Shown one piece after another: positions 11,301 through 19,808 of a stretch of 32,875 nt of DNA. The DNA comes from a virus (lineage: Duplodnaviria > Caudoviricetes). Numbering within the stretch: the stretch's first letter is position 1; each line of letters begins with the position of its first letter. The notes beneath the pieces are model-generated. The model worked only from the letters and a program-made list of their open reading frames with translations. It made no database searches and was not told the origin of the DNA. Made by a program: the position numbers and the translations under genes. Where the stretch lies: positions 1-32,875 of the IMG/VR virus record IMGVR_UViG_3300020432_000023. One strand, given 5' to 3'.

Positions 11301-14300
11301 TTACTTTTAATATTCTACCAAGATCAGATGACTTAAGTAATACTGAAGCACCAGATCCAGTTGACTGAGTAATTGTAACAACAGGTACACTTTGATATTG
11401 TACTCCACCATCTTCTATATTAATAGCAGAAACACCTTGATTCTGAATAGAAGCATTGAACTTAGCATTGATACCATTACCACCACTAACAGTAACATCT
11501 GGGGCTGATAAGTATCCTGATCCAGTATTGGTGATAGTGATAGTATCTACGGACGCATTAAGTAAAGTTGCAACAGTTGCCCTATCAGCATGTGACAGTG
11601 CGGTAACTGTCACGGTAGCATCATTTGCAGGTGTAGCACCACCTAACTGATCACCTGCTATAGTAATAACATTAGTTAATGCATATGTACTACCACCATC
11701 GGTGCATACTAGACTGGCAATATTTCCCGAACCATCAGTGACAACAGTAAACTTAGCACCAGTACCACCAACGGGTGACACACTTGCAGCTGGTACGTCA
11801 GTATAAGTCTGGCCTGCTCCATAATTGCCACTAGATTGTGTCGTTAATGATACACCTGTACTATCAGTAGTAATTGATCCATAATAAGGATCTCCTAGAA
11901 TAATAGAAGGAGCTGACCTATAATTAGAGCCTGGATTTGTAACATTCATTTCAGTTAACTTACCACCACCAGATACAACAGCAGTAACTACTGCCTGTGT
12001 GCCACTTATAGAACTGATTGTTGCTTGTGAATCTCCACTATAAACAGTGTCAGTATCGACGAACATAATATAACCAAATTGACCTGCACCTGTCTTAGTA
12101 TTCTGTAGAGGTTTAATTCTTAGTATTGAAGTTGTTGGATCCCAAGAAATAACTTGACCTCTTGCAGTAGAGTTTCCTATTAGTGGGTCTGATATAACAA
12201 TTTCATCCTTAACAAATGATCCAAATACGTTAGTAATACTCAAATCAACATAATCAGGTAATGTTACCCTAGCTGCGGGTAGAACAGCGTTATTATACCC
12301 ACTACCTTGATTAGTAATAGAAGTACCAGATAAGAAACCAGAAATGGTTGCAACAGCAGTTGCACCAGAACCAGATCTAGTAGATCCGCTTAATGATGGC
12401 AATGAGGAATAGTTTCGGCCAGGATCACCAATAGAGACACTTGCAACTCCACCAGAAGGATATATTGAATTTGTATTAAATGATACACCATTAGCAACTG
12501 TATATGCACTTTCTGGTTCTAGAGCAGTAGAATACGTAAATGTATTGTCTGTTTTAGAAGTAACAATATTTGTACCCGTAACAGGGTCATTAATAACAGT
12601 AAAGTAACTTCCAGTGATATTTCCTTGAAGATCGAAGTAATAGAAGATGCCAGGCAAATCTTTGATCAATATTGTGATTGAATCTTGCTCATTGTCACTT
12701 ACTGGAATTATTTCTTCTGTAACATTCTTATAAGTGAAAATATCGGTATTTGAAGGATCAAAAGTGAATGCAAGAAGTTTTCCTGCATTAGAAGCATCTT
12801 CAGTCGTAAATTTGTAACTATGACCCGTAATAAGTTGTAATTTTGGTTCTTTGACGTAAACTTCGCTACTTCCGACATTTGCAGCTGCAATAGTTGCAAA
12901 ATTACGTTTTACCGTAAATCTACGAAGAGTTTCGGTTCTAATAACGCTATAATCAGTTTTATTCCATTCAGTTGGAACAATTCCCGAAATATTGACTGTA
13001 TCACCAATTCCAAGTTGATGTGCCTTGTCACAATGGCATTCGGCCTCTATTTCGACTTGTGTAAGTGTAAGTAGGAACCCAGTACCGCCAGCTCCATTTC
13101 CTATGTTAAGATTGTCTACACTAATGGTATCACCAATGTTATATGCAGTACCAGTGTCTGTAATTGTTACTGTTGATACAGAATTGCTTGAAACGACGAT
13201 AGTTGCCTTACCGCCCTTTCCAGAAGCACCGTTATTGGTAGTAATTATTGGAACATCAGTATATGTGCCATTTGCGTAATTAGTACCCAGTGAGTTAACA
13301 CTCCAACCATTTTGTACCAAATTACCATCCGTACGTCTTCTTAAGTATCTCCAAGACATAGAACCGTCAGATGCAGTGCCAGAAGTATGTGTTGGAGCAG
13401 TAGAAGCTGAAGTTCCTGTTGCTACAGCTTTATATACTCTATCTGCAACATAAATGATGTCTCCGCCAGCAAATGCAGTAGTATTTGCGTATGGAGCTAT
13501 CAACTTCATACTTGTTAAGGAGAAATACTCAAAATAGTACTTACTGCTAATAACTTTAGTCTTTATTGTTCTTTCAAAAGCATTATCTGCAATACTTACT
13601 ACAATTTGGTCACCTACCACCAAATAATGATTATCTGCGGTTGAAATCGTTGTAGTATAAAGATCTGTTTGTGCATCTACAGAATTTGCAAGTGAATTTA
13701 CAACTTCACCAGTAATTGATGAGACAACACCACTAACACCTTCTCCACCAGTGCCTGTGTTGTCAAAAAGGAGCCTATCATTAACTTTATAGTTCTTACC
13801 ACCACCCTCAACAAGGTATTGATCAATATTAGAAGAAGAATACTTATTTGTTGCCGAAACAACTAATGAATCTGCAGTACCACCTCTAATTGTTGGATAG
13901 TAACTGAAATAACCAATACCATCCTCAAGATAAGTCAATACCTCACCAGTCTCCATCACAATCAAGGTTGTGGTGTCTTCTAGTGCCAAATAGAAGTCTA
14001 CTTTGTTATCAAGTGGTTTTCTTTTCGCTACAATGTTATCAGTACCGATATATGGTGCTTTGTACCTAGTTGCATCTTCTGTAAAGTTCTTCTGTACTCC
14101 ATTTCCATCCCAGTTAACTTGATCTGCTTCACCGTAGAAATTAGGACCTATAAAGTATGGAAATACTGGTTCACCTGCAACACCCTTAATAGTACAGAAA
14201 TATGCATAAACTCCATTTGGATATTCTGGAGTTACGCAGTATCTGCCATTATAACGGTCTAAAGTACCTAAACCTTCCACATACTCATAATCGTCAATAA

Positions 14301-17300
14301 ACGTCCCCATAGGTTCTGTCATACCGCTTAGAAGAGCATCTCTAGACTGCTTCAATCTATAACTGGTAATCATCAATGTATATGAGTTATATGGACTTAC
14401 GTTTTCTGGATCCTCATATCCATAGCATCCATATATGGGGTGGCCATCGTATGCCCAACCTATAATAGGTGAGTGTGAGGTAGGATTAAGTTCTACAAGT
14501 TGATCATCAATATTATCTTTTAATATAAACCTAAGTTGCTTAGGGTTATAAAGATAAGCATATTCTCCACCATATAATAAATCATTCTCTCCTCTAAATA
14601 TTCCTCCACCACCAATATCAGTAGTTTTTCTATTTGTAAATTGATTTGATGGAAGTCCTAGTTCTTCATAGGTTGCAGCTTCGTTATATGTTAGCTCTGT
14701 TAAGTTTGTTTCAAATATTGCACCTGAGCCAGGATATACGATACTAATACTTGTAGCACCTGATGAATAACCTGCACCTTTGTTTGTAACAACAATATTA
14801 GTAACAATATTACTACTACTGTCCACCTGAGCAAATGCAGTAGCACCAACTCCGTCTCCAGTGATAATAACGTCAGGTGCACCAAAGTATCCACTACCAC
14901 CAAACGTAACAATGATACTTTCAATCTTTCCGTTTAATATAGATGGATATGCTACAGCACCATTACCAGAAATTAGATTGATAGTTGGTTCGTAAGTATA
15001 TTCAGATCCTGCATCGGTAATACTAATAGTATCAATAGGTCCTCTACAAACAGCAGTGGCAGTAGCACCAAATCCACCTCCACCAGTAATTGCAACAGTA
15101 GGGATGCTAGTGTATCCAGATCCACCAGCAGTCACAGAAATACCTGTTACAGCACCATTAGTGATAATAGCGACTGCAGTTGCCTGTGTGCTACTAGTAG
15201 CTCCACCACCTACAATTGAAACGATAGGTTCTGTTACATATCCACTACCACCATTATCAACGTTAATATTAGTTACTGATCCAGAAACTGTTACTGTTGC
15301 AGCTGCTGCTTCTCCTTCATATTCCCAGTTAATAGTTCCATGCTGCACAATACCGCTTACATGTGTTGGTTCTGTTGTAAGAGAAGCTCTACCAGTATCT
15401 GTTGCTCTATATCTACGGAAATCGCCACCACCAATGTCAACTTTGACTCTAGTGAAGATTGAGTAGGTTTCACCTTTTTGATAAGTGGGTTCAAACTCAA
15501 CTATAGGAGCATTGAGCACATCATAACCAACACCACCGTTAGTTTTGGTTATTGTCTTAATACCACCAAATTTTTTGGTACTTTCTCCCTTATATGAATA
15601 AAATGGAACTCCATTTGCAGCAATACCTATTTGACCAATAGGAGTAGGAGTTTTTGTACTTTTTACAGTTGGTGTAAGAGGAATACGCTTCAAATACCTT
15701 TGATTGCCAGGATCTAAGTCACCTATATCAAAAGGTCCTATCTTATGAGAAGGAATACCAACAGATGCTACAATAGCGTGGGTATCTGACTTATATGTGT
15801 TCTGAACGTCTGTAGTAAAGTCTTTGATGACTGTATTGATTGATGCATAGTCACTTCTACCAAATGCAAACTCTCTAGCAATGAAAAACTCCTTTTCGGC
15901 TTGACCTGGTGCAGGAATACCAAATTTAGGAGAACTACTAAACTTAAACTGGAATTGGAAGTTATCTACGATACCTATGACATCATGTTCGTTATTGTAG
16001 ATGTCCTCGTCCGCATTTAGAATTCTTATTCTGTCATTACGATTTAATCTATGTTGTTCTTTAGTAGTAACTGTACAAACAACACTACCATCAGATTCAA
16101 CGCTTGATAACACCGCTGTGCTACCTCTGAGTGCCTTTCTGACGTTGTATATGAAACTATCCCATATTGGGTCAATACTATCGAAACCAGGTGCACTAGG
16201 GGTGCTTACCTTACTATCAGGAGTGTAATACTTACCACCATCTCTCAATATGATGCCTTTAGTTCCACCATACACTTTTAACTGGATTTCAGACCCATCT
16301 ACGTTGCTTGTACCATAAATCTTGAATGCTGCAAAGACTTCTTGACCTGCATCATGTGCTAGGACGGAAGTATTCTCTCTACCACGAGTACAACCTAAAA
16401 ATTGGTTAACAGTTTTGTTAGCATAGGTTATAATTTCATCTTCTATTCTAAATCTGCCATTTTCTTCAGGCCAACCCAAAGTAGAGTCAACAGTTACAAT
16501 ATTATCAGTAATAAGATTTCCAATATCTGAAGAAAGCACAGTTTTGTATGGAGTAACAAAAGATCCTAGTGCATTATTTGTATCTACGTCAATTTCGTAA
16601 ATTATAGTGTTGTCCGTAAAGACTTCTACAACACCTTTGACGTATATACGTGCAGCATCAACATTTGGGTCATTTGGGTCTGCTTCTTGGTACAATACTT
16701 GCCCAACTAGCTCAGAAGGGTTACCAGAGACTGCTACAGCACGAATTACCTCTCTAGAAGTGTAATATGCATCGGATGGTTTGAATATTCTGTCTCTTGG
16801 ATAGCTAACTTCCGATTCTACGCCAAAAAGTGTCCTTAAGACGAACTGAAATGACCTTGTTGACCCCTTTGAAGCATAAAAGTCCTTAATTCTCTTAATT
16901 ACAGTAGATTCAGTAACTCCAGTTGCAAAATTCTTCGGATAAGTCGATAAAAACTGTTCTTTGAACTTCCCAAGTACATAAAGTGGGAAAATGTTGTTCA
17001 AATTGACAACTTTGTCGCCAATTTCATGACTTGCAGCTACAGTTTCCTCAAAATTGTACTTTCCGACCTGTCCAATGGTCTTTACAGCGTTAAATCCTCT
17101 TGTGCAGTTCTCAAATAGAGTAGATTTCTTACTTTGGTAATAAATTATCTCATTTCCAATGCAAATTATACCTTCATTCGGAAAATCACGTGTACTTGCT
17201 ACAGAAACTGATGTAGTTGTTGCATCAATAGCACCAATTAGATTAGTTTCCTCTACAAGGCCACCATAATTATCAATATTATAATAATCTCCCCAGTTTT

Positions 17301-17526
17301 GAATAATATCAAAACAATATCCCTTTAATTCTTGTGACTTATAATACTCCTTTACAAAATCTATAAACGTTGGAAAGTTCTCTTGGATAAAACTTGCAAA
17401 CTGCCCAGAAACATTGGTCGAAATTTTCGACCTAGATTCAGGACTAACCTCAGACGGTACTGGAGGTACAGTAACCGTTGTGGTGGGGGTAGTCCACGAG
17501 CTAACCTTCCATGAAGAATTTGTCAT
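2329..17526 (-). CDS. gp7: Giant gp7-like baseplate wedge initiator / multidomain virion protein (5065 aa)
   Basis: N-terminal QFASFIQENFPTFIDFVKEYY...IKRIKDFYASKGSTRSFQFVLRTLFG is typical of cyanophage gp7, and the gene lies between gp6 and gp8. Contains a YHYH-like domain, GxGY beta repeats, YPR repeats and three helical CxxD domains. Confidence 0.85.
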   Translation of the reverse strand: MTNSSWKVSSWTTPTTTVTVPPVPSEVSPESRSKISTNVSGQFASFIQENFPTFIDFVKEYYKSQELKGYCFDIIQNWGDYYNIDNYGGLVEETNLIGAIDATTTSVSVASTRDFPNEGIICIGNEIIYYQSKKSTLFENCTRGFNAVKTIGQVGKYNFEETVAASHEIGDKVVNLNNIFPLYVLGKFKEQFLSTYPKNFATGVTESTVIKRIKDFYASKGSTRSFQFVLRTLFGVESEVSYPRDRIFKPSDAYYTSREVIRAVAVSGNPSELVGQVLYQEADPNDPNVDAARIYVKGVVEVFTDNTIIYEIDVDTNNALGSFVTPYKTVLSSDIGNLITDNIVTVDSTLGWPEENGRFRIEDEIITYANKTVNQFLGCTRGRENTSVLAHDAGQEVFAAFKIYGTSNVDGSEIQLKVYGGTKGIILRDGGKYYTPDSKVSTPSAPGFDSIDPIWDSFIYNVRKALRGSTAVLSSVESDGSVVCTVTTKEQHRLNRNDRIRILNADEDIYNNEHDVIGIVDNFQFQFKFSSSPKFGIPAPGQAEKEFFIAREFAFGRSDYASINTVIKDFTTDVQNTYKSDTHAIVASVGIPSHKIGPFDIGDLDPGNQRYLKRIPLTPTVKSTKTPTPIGQIGIAANGVPFYSYKGESTKKFGGIKTITKTNGGVGYDVLNAPIVEFEPTYQKGETYSIFTRVKVDIGGGDFRRYRATDTGRASLTTEPTHVSGIVQHGTINWEYEGEAAAATVTVSGSVTNINVDNGGSGYVTEPIVSIVGGGATSSTQATAVAIITNGAVTGISVTAGGSGYTSIPTVAITGGGGFGATATAVCRGPIDTISITDAGSEYTYEPTINLISGNGAVAYPSILNGKIESIIVTFGGSGYFGAPDVIITGDGVGATAFAQVDSSSNIVTNIVVTNKGAGYSSGATSISIVYPGSGAIFETNLTELTYNEAATYEELGLPSNQFTNRKTTDIGGGGIFRGENDLLYGGEYAYLYNPKQLRFILKDNIDDQLVELNPTSHSPIIGWAYDGHPIYGCYGYEDPENVSPYNSYTLMITSYRLKQSRDALLSGMTEPMGTFIDDYEYVEGLGTLDRYNGRYCVTPEYPNGVYAYFCTIKGVAGEPVFPYFIGPNFYGEADQVNWDGNGVQKNFTEDATRYKAPYIGTDNIVAKRKPLDNKVDFYLALEDTTTLIVMETGEVLTYLEDGIGYFSYYPTIRGGTADSLVVSATNKYSSSNIDQYLVEGGGKNYKVNDRLLFDNTGTGGEGVSGVVSSITGEVVNSLANSVDAQTDLYTTTISTADNHYLVVGDQIVVSIADNAFERTIKTKVISSKYYFEYFSLTSMKLIAPYANTTAFAGGDIIYVADRVYKAVATGTSASTAPTHTSGTASDGSMSWRYLRRRTDGNLVQNGWSVNSLGTNYANGTYTDVPIITTNNGASGKGGKATIVVSSNSVSTVTITDTGTAYNIGDTISVDNLNIGNGAGGTGFLLTLTQVEIEAECHCDKAHQLGIGDTVNISGIVPTEWNKTDYSVIRTETLRRFTVKRNFATIAAANVGSSEVYVKEPKLQLITGHSYKFTTEDASNAGKLLAFTFDPSNTDIFTYKNVTEEIIPVSDNEQDSITILIKDLPGIFYYFDLQGNITGSYFTVINDPVTGTNIVTSKTDNTFTYSTALEPESAYTVANGVSFNTNSIYPSGGVASVSIGDPGRNYSSLPSLSGSTRSGSGATAVATISGFLSGTSITNQGSGYNNAVLPAARVTLPDYVDLSITNVFGSFVKDEIVISDPLIGNSTARGQVISWDPTTSILRIKPLQNTKTGAGQFGYIMFVDTDTVYSGDSQATISSISGTQAVVTAVVSGGGKLTEMNVTNPGSNYRSAPSIILGDPYYGSITTDSTGVSLTTQSSGNYGAGQTYTDVPAASVSPVGGTGAKFTVVTDGSGNIASLVCTDGGSTYALTNVITIAGDQLGGATPANDATVTVTALSHADRATVATLLNASVDTITITNTGSGYLSAPDVTVSGGNGINAKFNASIQNQGVSAINIEDGGVQYQSVPVVTITQSTGSGASVLLKSSDLGRILKVSGDNITYNYSHDKTLKPSLNTTFNLQLTRTQVIDYLDVIDGGSNFVAVPEIVLTGGQGSQFSLLPKIENEVIQSVSVISAGRGFTSAPTVTAKVTHTWVGLKSNSTLNFPYNTKIPTGTKVILRANNGVFPSPLIAGTTYYAIARTTANGLADNQIRLATSLANANLGTFITFTSDPIGDANGITYFTLETTDLGDNIIAYMRPATFSPGERIYQGSSPTSYTAYGFVKGWDASGRVVSAEIVEGEFKVGEPVFGEETAAFGQIHEFSKADAVFEVSAISDSAKTWERTTGFLDLNEQRVYDSNRFQEFSYDISSSINISDWQNPLKFAAHPAGFKVVGTQVLTQTVSKTYRQLPVINDASTDTYAWFQSPTNTGNDTFNGTTFITPKPSAKATGKLSTINNFALGKPDYTAVVPTEVQIFGRQLLDIQKILSCVSYKIDDITDNTINFDGSSTSVVDTTTNRITLTGHPYVDNQRVTYNAGGDRFQDARNLIINNIDYIVEETIGALNASYPSLTYNSATCARDTRLVVAAWTNDLRYDGNFFSVTAAEYYVGGVVLLSNAHGDARQLLLDNKNFIANEVVEQMLADPTVGVPGGYAGVPGGNQNCIDDIVDVIEAVAYNLAYGGNSEVYDAANYYVNTVHLDGEETQSIWAFNKAKEFARKVIVNEAIAIQGSHGLTQTIDTTITLNLATCAPIQSAQDVLFDIVTTAISSDSLSTVTRSNPANHIQHIGGEETETIFAYNKARDLCLLAVTNDLPIGTYTTKAPTTDLSITNDPGGCADVKSAITTFAKIITDAIDNPSTLPDKSIGNYPNTRTGTAIGGLTSGNNYFIKYVDANTIELRESSGGAAINFSSIGTGVGHGFRLYQDGVNTQFKIRTGGIDIGTKIGKTAESKQMFVIVNGIAQNPANYTFANNIITFKHPLLVGSSVLAMYYDRASYTSSFQLDTIGDEIKTFDTANGLTPGSQYTNGVYNNIILKNRLGSGSGATANITVTNNSVSNVVLNQAGNGYTPNDFLGLSEVGSQLTNNYVPSTATYNPSTGDLELTIGNHTLTTNDKIRIANNSLTFSCSYGSGGTASYPRATDPIGNLFDVPIDAVSATTITVNALQGTSPTNTDAHTWQGLSTYQFQPTKVKYYPATGDMTLTVASHGMIKGDRVLIDTDSLTFTCSKDNNSTNHTYPRASDPAGGSWLTIDKVTTNSFTVNVGKNERFSFTPTNSTYTASTGVLTLTLGNHNLLGAVSHTATGAVYTPTDGKVVITVNGHGMSNGDLVLIEDDSLSFDCTHGSGTKTYPRSTDPISGKFIEIFDVTNNTFTIQCLETIPSTNTTTHTFVSAVANGIKQAQDVITIKENGLVFTCEMDARATKHSYPRSTDPANGAPLGIYSVTSDTVTTFVGKSPLVTKTPTNAIYDPSNGEMELVIGSHDFYAGQTIKLADGAVSFTCNRDNYRTVHSYPRTTFTGHELTTVSYNPNNGVMTVTAPSHGFSNNDWVKFKPESLGMTCSEDAYTSTKLYPRTTDFAYDRWLKVSNVTTNTFDVTVLDVIPSTNIANHTFVSAPKITPSTAAYNATTGIMSITDQKYTVNTGTTYDPQSGLLVMNIGAHNLTTSNKIRIVPDSLTFTCILDGNTAQKTYPRASGTGVNAGVADYAYQRNLPIAAVTANTITVNVNNNGQPISDLSAHTFISSTTDCIEVCHGLNNGDFVKIKDNSLAFNCTQGVGTKTYPRPAVRTLTASNATAYADIQSATYDAATGLAVLTFSSSPTWATVPTQHQVTNAVYVPSTGIMTLTIANHGFTELELIKIDDDALTFKCDEDGQASDHTYPRSTDPISGKWIEIFNVTNDTFDIQVLDIIPSTNVTNHVFQSATATGLSHAERMVRLRPNSMRFTCAMDGNTATKTYPRAKDPYFGKNMAVTAQSGSTATIYVGKSPIVNHTATDGTYDPGTGALIIEIGAHNLTVGTTVKLANNGFTFQCATDSYGTDHTYPRATAGDGNPDPAYDTAVTILAVTDTTITLNVGISQDLSTHRWKPGFVATNAIQSGGGYAHTWTGGASTFALMISEPNKSNSTGTHYYPETGILHITTNIAHGMRENDYVKLADNSITFACAQDNYQTNHSYPRSTDYASGKWLKIFNVTAYEFDVKILDSVPSTNVSTHLFVSATNDGITHKDPASGNFIEVSNVTHNTFDVQVLTKTPSTNTTTHTFVNADTDAVYVAPFFKKKDPFYDTALEIISTSPDSITVDVLTTEQSTSVYKHKFQSALSNSVITGGNYTHKFNSADAGCVKTGDRHTFVSAGSNSVTRAIVSHGYHKYDKGADAASLIRKNLNFIATTAYGRMQANNPLFSTVYQTKCLRDTRLLTDAVADNVEFGGNDATYDAAKFYVGSNHLTGEEDESVQVFNHARDICNQIMRNITVTTNAGTKGKQIKDLTITNDSGNNVYDTNDCTDIASTITTLWAIVTTAVGTTAGGSGNLNSVTRTVSTSPDFQIKVGSVTFDGVDTAFTTQSGGSTQVLPASDNFLIFLNGTFQIKGTTDAYTYTGSTITFTEPPLPGMDFYGYYFGKLVLLDDLSPYFDSSRTTFVMRNENEPFSLESDNEAVNPSNNLLIFLNGIFQEPGVAYTLRGSVIEFSEAPRAASQCVMFIFTGGPNDILVANTFNSIDANDKMQIVSEGSDRRIATVSSSSSVDTYEYTGLRPTVAEFQAVVTGGAVTQVNITNVGSNYENPPVLIFTGGGGVGASAQTTIEEGSGKVLSVTNLKGGSGYTSAPTVIAAHPIHLERFERNRIVSDSNLLGVTYLTSSINASDTTLNLRNVWYNVSQKYGFADEGEVLIPYYNPNTDSSGNVIGWRNERILFGAKDTVNNTLTVATGGRGFMGTTAYAHNVITGTYTVSQSSRIVTVTTSSDHNMQTGENRIFLDFSSGTNINQSDAVNYITYIPPDGVYDITRTGNTSFTIEIPNELRRVNPANGGLLDVGYPGTITGNVSLLPEVRLRSL
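3919..4362 (-). other. Phycobiliprotein-like helical domain 3 within gp7-like protein
   Basis: DAASLIRKNLNFIA...KCLRD-x14-GG...NDCTDIASTITTLWAIVTTAVG; Cys codons at 4255-4257 and 3976-3978. Confidence 0.6.
4410..8214 (-). repeat. Twelve ~95-aa protein repeats (Y-x-P-x-TG...H...F-x-C...YPR-x-x-DP...HTF) in gp7-like protein
   Basis: Twelve YPR cores counted in the translation (e.g. TASYPRATDP, NHTYPRASDP, TKTYPRSTDP, DHTYPRSTDP, NHSYPRSTDY). Boundaries approximate. Confidence 0.85.
8900..9840 (-). other. Phycobiliprotein-like helical domains 1 and 2 (2 nested in 1) within gp7-like protein
   Basis: CARD-x14-DG (Cys 9736-9738) and PGGNQNCIDD-x14-GG (Cys 9481-9483); second cysteines in CAPIQSAQDVLFDIVTTAIS (9223-9225) and CADVKSAITTFAKIITDAID (8962-8964). 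Confidence 0.6.
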
Positions 17527-17533
17527 CTGTTAT

Positions 17534-19387
17534 TTACTTATAACTGGACTCTGGTACGACTCCTGTACCAGATAAGTTTGAACCACTACTGATAGTGTCT
17601 TCTAATACACTAATCACCGTATTATCTATACCTATTGTCAAATAGGTTTCTCGTAAAGAAATCAAATCGTTTGATTCTGGAGTTGCAGAGATCTGTAACT
17701 GATTATTTGCAATAGAAGTTGCTTGAATAGTTAAATCATTCACCACAATTTCACCCATTGTGTAATCTACAGTTCCCCATAGACCATCTATGTACTCAAA
17801 ACTTCCATCACCCTTCACATAATACTTTCTCAACAGTCCATTACCATCATCATTGAGATAGTAAGTGTTAAAATCATCTCCAACAATCTTAAATCCGCTT
17901 GTATAAACACAAGAGCTTGTGGCCGTTCCTTGCTTTATGCGGTTACCATAGCATATCTTATAGTTCACACGTGCACCAAGTGACACGGTAACGTTCTTTC
18001 TCATCTTGAGACGAGTGATATTTGAAGTAATTGAGTTCTCTGAACCATCAATTATACTCTGAAGCTTTGAAAATTTGAACTTTCCACCAAATTTATTGAA
18101 TTCTGAGCTAGCATTTAACGCTGTTAGTGCTGCAAGAACTGCATTTTTAACTTCAGGTGGTTGATTACGAGTAACATTAGGGTTAAAATACACAAAACTC
18201 GTCAAATCTATGTAAAGAATTGACGGATCAATGATAGAAGGTTGAACTGCAGCTACAGAATACTCTCTAAGTTTCTTCAAAATCACATTTTTTTCAGAAA
18301 GAGATAATTTATCCGCATTTTTTGGTTTGATTGCCAAGAAAACTTTGCCATATTCGGGTGGATCCGCTTCTTCTCCACCGTAACATGCAATAGATGCGAC
18401 GTTTGGGTAGATTTGGGGTACGATTGCTTCGTAATCCCGTGTAGAAACTGCTCTTCCGAACGCAGAATAGAATTTTGGAGCTCCAAATTTGATAGATTCC
18501 GTACTTTCTGCGGCTGCACCTCCATCTGGGAACGATGTTATGGTAACTGTGATACCAGAAGTGATAGAATTACCTGCATTGTCTCTAAAATTACCAATAT
18601 TCTCAAAAACTTTTAGGCCATTTGCTCCAATTCCAGAAGAAGTTGTATATTGAACTGAAACAACGTCTCCATTTGCCAAATCTTTACCTACAATTCCATC
18701 TCCAAATAGAATTTCTGGAATTTCATACTCAGATTCTTCTAAGAAAAATACTTTTGATGTAGAATCTATCTTTGTAATATCTGTTGCTTGTAGATAACGT
18801 TCTGTGACAGTTCCAGAAGTGACCTCAACACGCATTGAAGAAGTATCTGCATTATTGTTTGTTAATATAAAACGCTGCCTTTGGTTAATATCTCTTACAA
18901 AAGTATCTGTCATGTAGAGACCTTCAAACAAAGTCAATCCAGTAAATGTTGCAATACCACTTGTACTATCTACAGATACAGTAGTATCAATAGGAAGTGA
19001 GAAAACAAAGTTGTTATTATCTAATCCCGTGAAGTTTAATACTAGCCCTCTTGCTAAAGTAACAGTTGCAGGGTATGGAAATATGGTTTGAACTGAAATA
19101 TCAACAGTACATTGTGCTGATCTTGCTGATTTTGGAGTATAACCAATCATTCTAGCAAGTTTTACCACGTTTTCTCGTAAAACTGCCGTCTCTAGGAACC
19201 CTTCATTGACTGTTAGGTTGGCATTTACTGCAGAATAGTATGTATTATAAGCTAAAACGTCCAAAAGTACCGTCAAAGACGATCCTTCAAAGTCATAATC
19301 TGTAAATTGTGACTGAGATCTTAAATAATCCTTTATTTGTGCCTTGATTTCGTTAAATTCAAGTGCATTTACCTGATTAAAAGCCAT
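17534..19387 (-). CDS. gp6: Baseplate wedge subunit gp6
   Basis: 617 aa with FTDYDFEGSSLTVLLDVLAYNTYY, LARMIGYTPKS, RAVSTRDYEAI and YGGEEADPPEYGKVFLAIKP. Confidence 0.95.
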   Translation of the reverse strand: MAFNQVNALEFNEIKAQIKDYLRSQSQFTDYDFEGSSLTVLLDVLAYNTYYSAVNANLTVNEGFLETAVLRENVVKLARMIGYTPKSARSAQCTVDISVQTIFPYPATVTLARGLVLNFTGLDNNNFVFSLPIDTTVSVDSTSGIATFTGLTLFEGLYMTDTFVRDINQRQRFILTNNNADTSSMRVEVTSGTVTERYLQATDITKIDSTSKVFFLEESEYEIPEILFGDGIVGKDLANGDVVSVQYTTSSGIGANGLKVFENIGNFRDNAGNSITSGITVTITSFPDGGAAAESTESIKFGAPKFYSAFGRAVSTRDYEAIVPQIYPNVASIACYGGEEADPPEYGKVFLAIKPKNADKLSLSEKNVILKKLREYSVAAVQPSIIDPSILYIDLTSFVYFNPNVTRNQPPEVKNAVLAALTALNASSEFNKFGGKFKFSKLQSIIDGSENSITSNITRLKMRKNVTVSLGARVNYKICYGNRIKQGTATSSCVYTSGFKIVGDDFNTYYLNDDGNGLLRKYYVKGDGSFEYIDGLWGTVDYTMGEIVVNDLTIQATSIANNQLQISATPESNDLISLRETYLTIGIDNTVISVLEDTISSGSNLSGTGVVPESSYK

Positions 19388-19776
19388 TATGGTTTAAATG
19401 CTATGTCGATATTATCAAATTTAGGAGGTATACCTAATATCACGTATGCTATACTCACGTCTAATTGATTTCTATCTTCAGTAAATTTAGTTTTTACTTC
19501 GTATACACCTACTCTAGGCTCATAAACATCAATTACATCTTTCACTCTACTCTTGAGTTCCGTTGCTAGTTCGGGAATATAGTTCTCGAATAACATTCCA
19601 ATAATATTTCCACCGAATGCTGGATCAAAAGGTTTCTCGTAGAAGTTATACAATATAATATTTTTAACTGAAGCTTTTATGGCTGCTTCATTCTGCAGTG
19701 TCAAAATGTCATTTGTCACTGCGTTCTTTTCAAATGTCAATGAGAAGTCACGAAACGACTTCGAGACAATAGCCAT
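19387..19776 (-). CDS. gp25: Baseplate wedge subunit gp25
   Basis: 129 aa with NEAAIKASVKNII...EKPFDPAFGGNI...YEPRV (GPW/gp25 family); directly upstream of gp6. Confidence 0.92.
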   Translation of the reverse strand: MAIVSKSFRDFSLTFEKNAVTNDILTLQNEAAIKASVKNIILYNFYEKPFDPAFGGNIIGMLFENYIPELATELKSRVKDVIDVYEPRVGVYEVKTKFTEDRNQLDVSIAYVILGIPPKFDNIDIAFKP

Positions 19777-19800
19777 TAGCTAAAAATATAACCTAGTTTA

Positions 19801-19808
19801 TATTTATA
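19801..19808 (-). promoter_or_regulatory. T4-type late promoter (TATAAATA) for gp25-gp6
   Basis: Exact TATAAATA about 25 nt upstream of the gp25 ATG. Confidence 0.8.

Noticed and set aside
2329-17526. Intein or intron explaining the size of gp7
   Set aside because: The frame is uninterrupted, and no intein splice motifs or homing endonuclease signature were recognised.
3091-18616. Short ORFs overlapping gp7 and gp6 (e.g. 3653-3994, 8536-8892, 15056-15466, 18283-18525)
   Set aside because: Antisense or off-frame shadows of long, codon-biased genes; no ribosome-binding sites or recognisable motifs.
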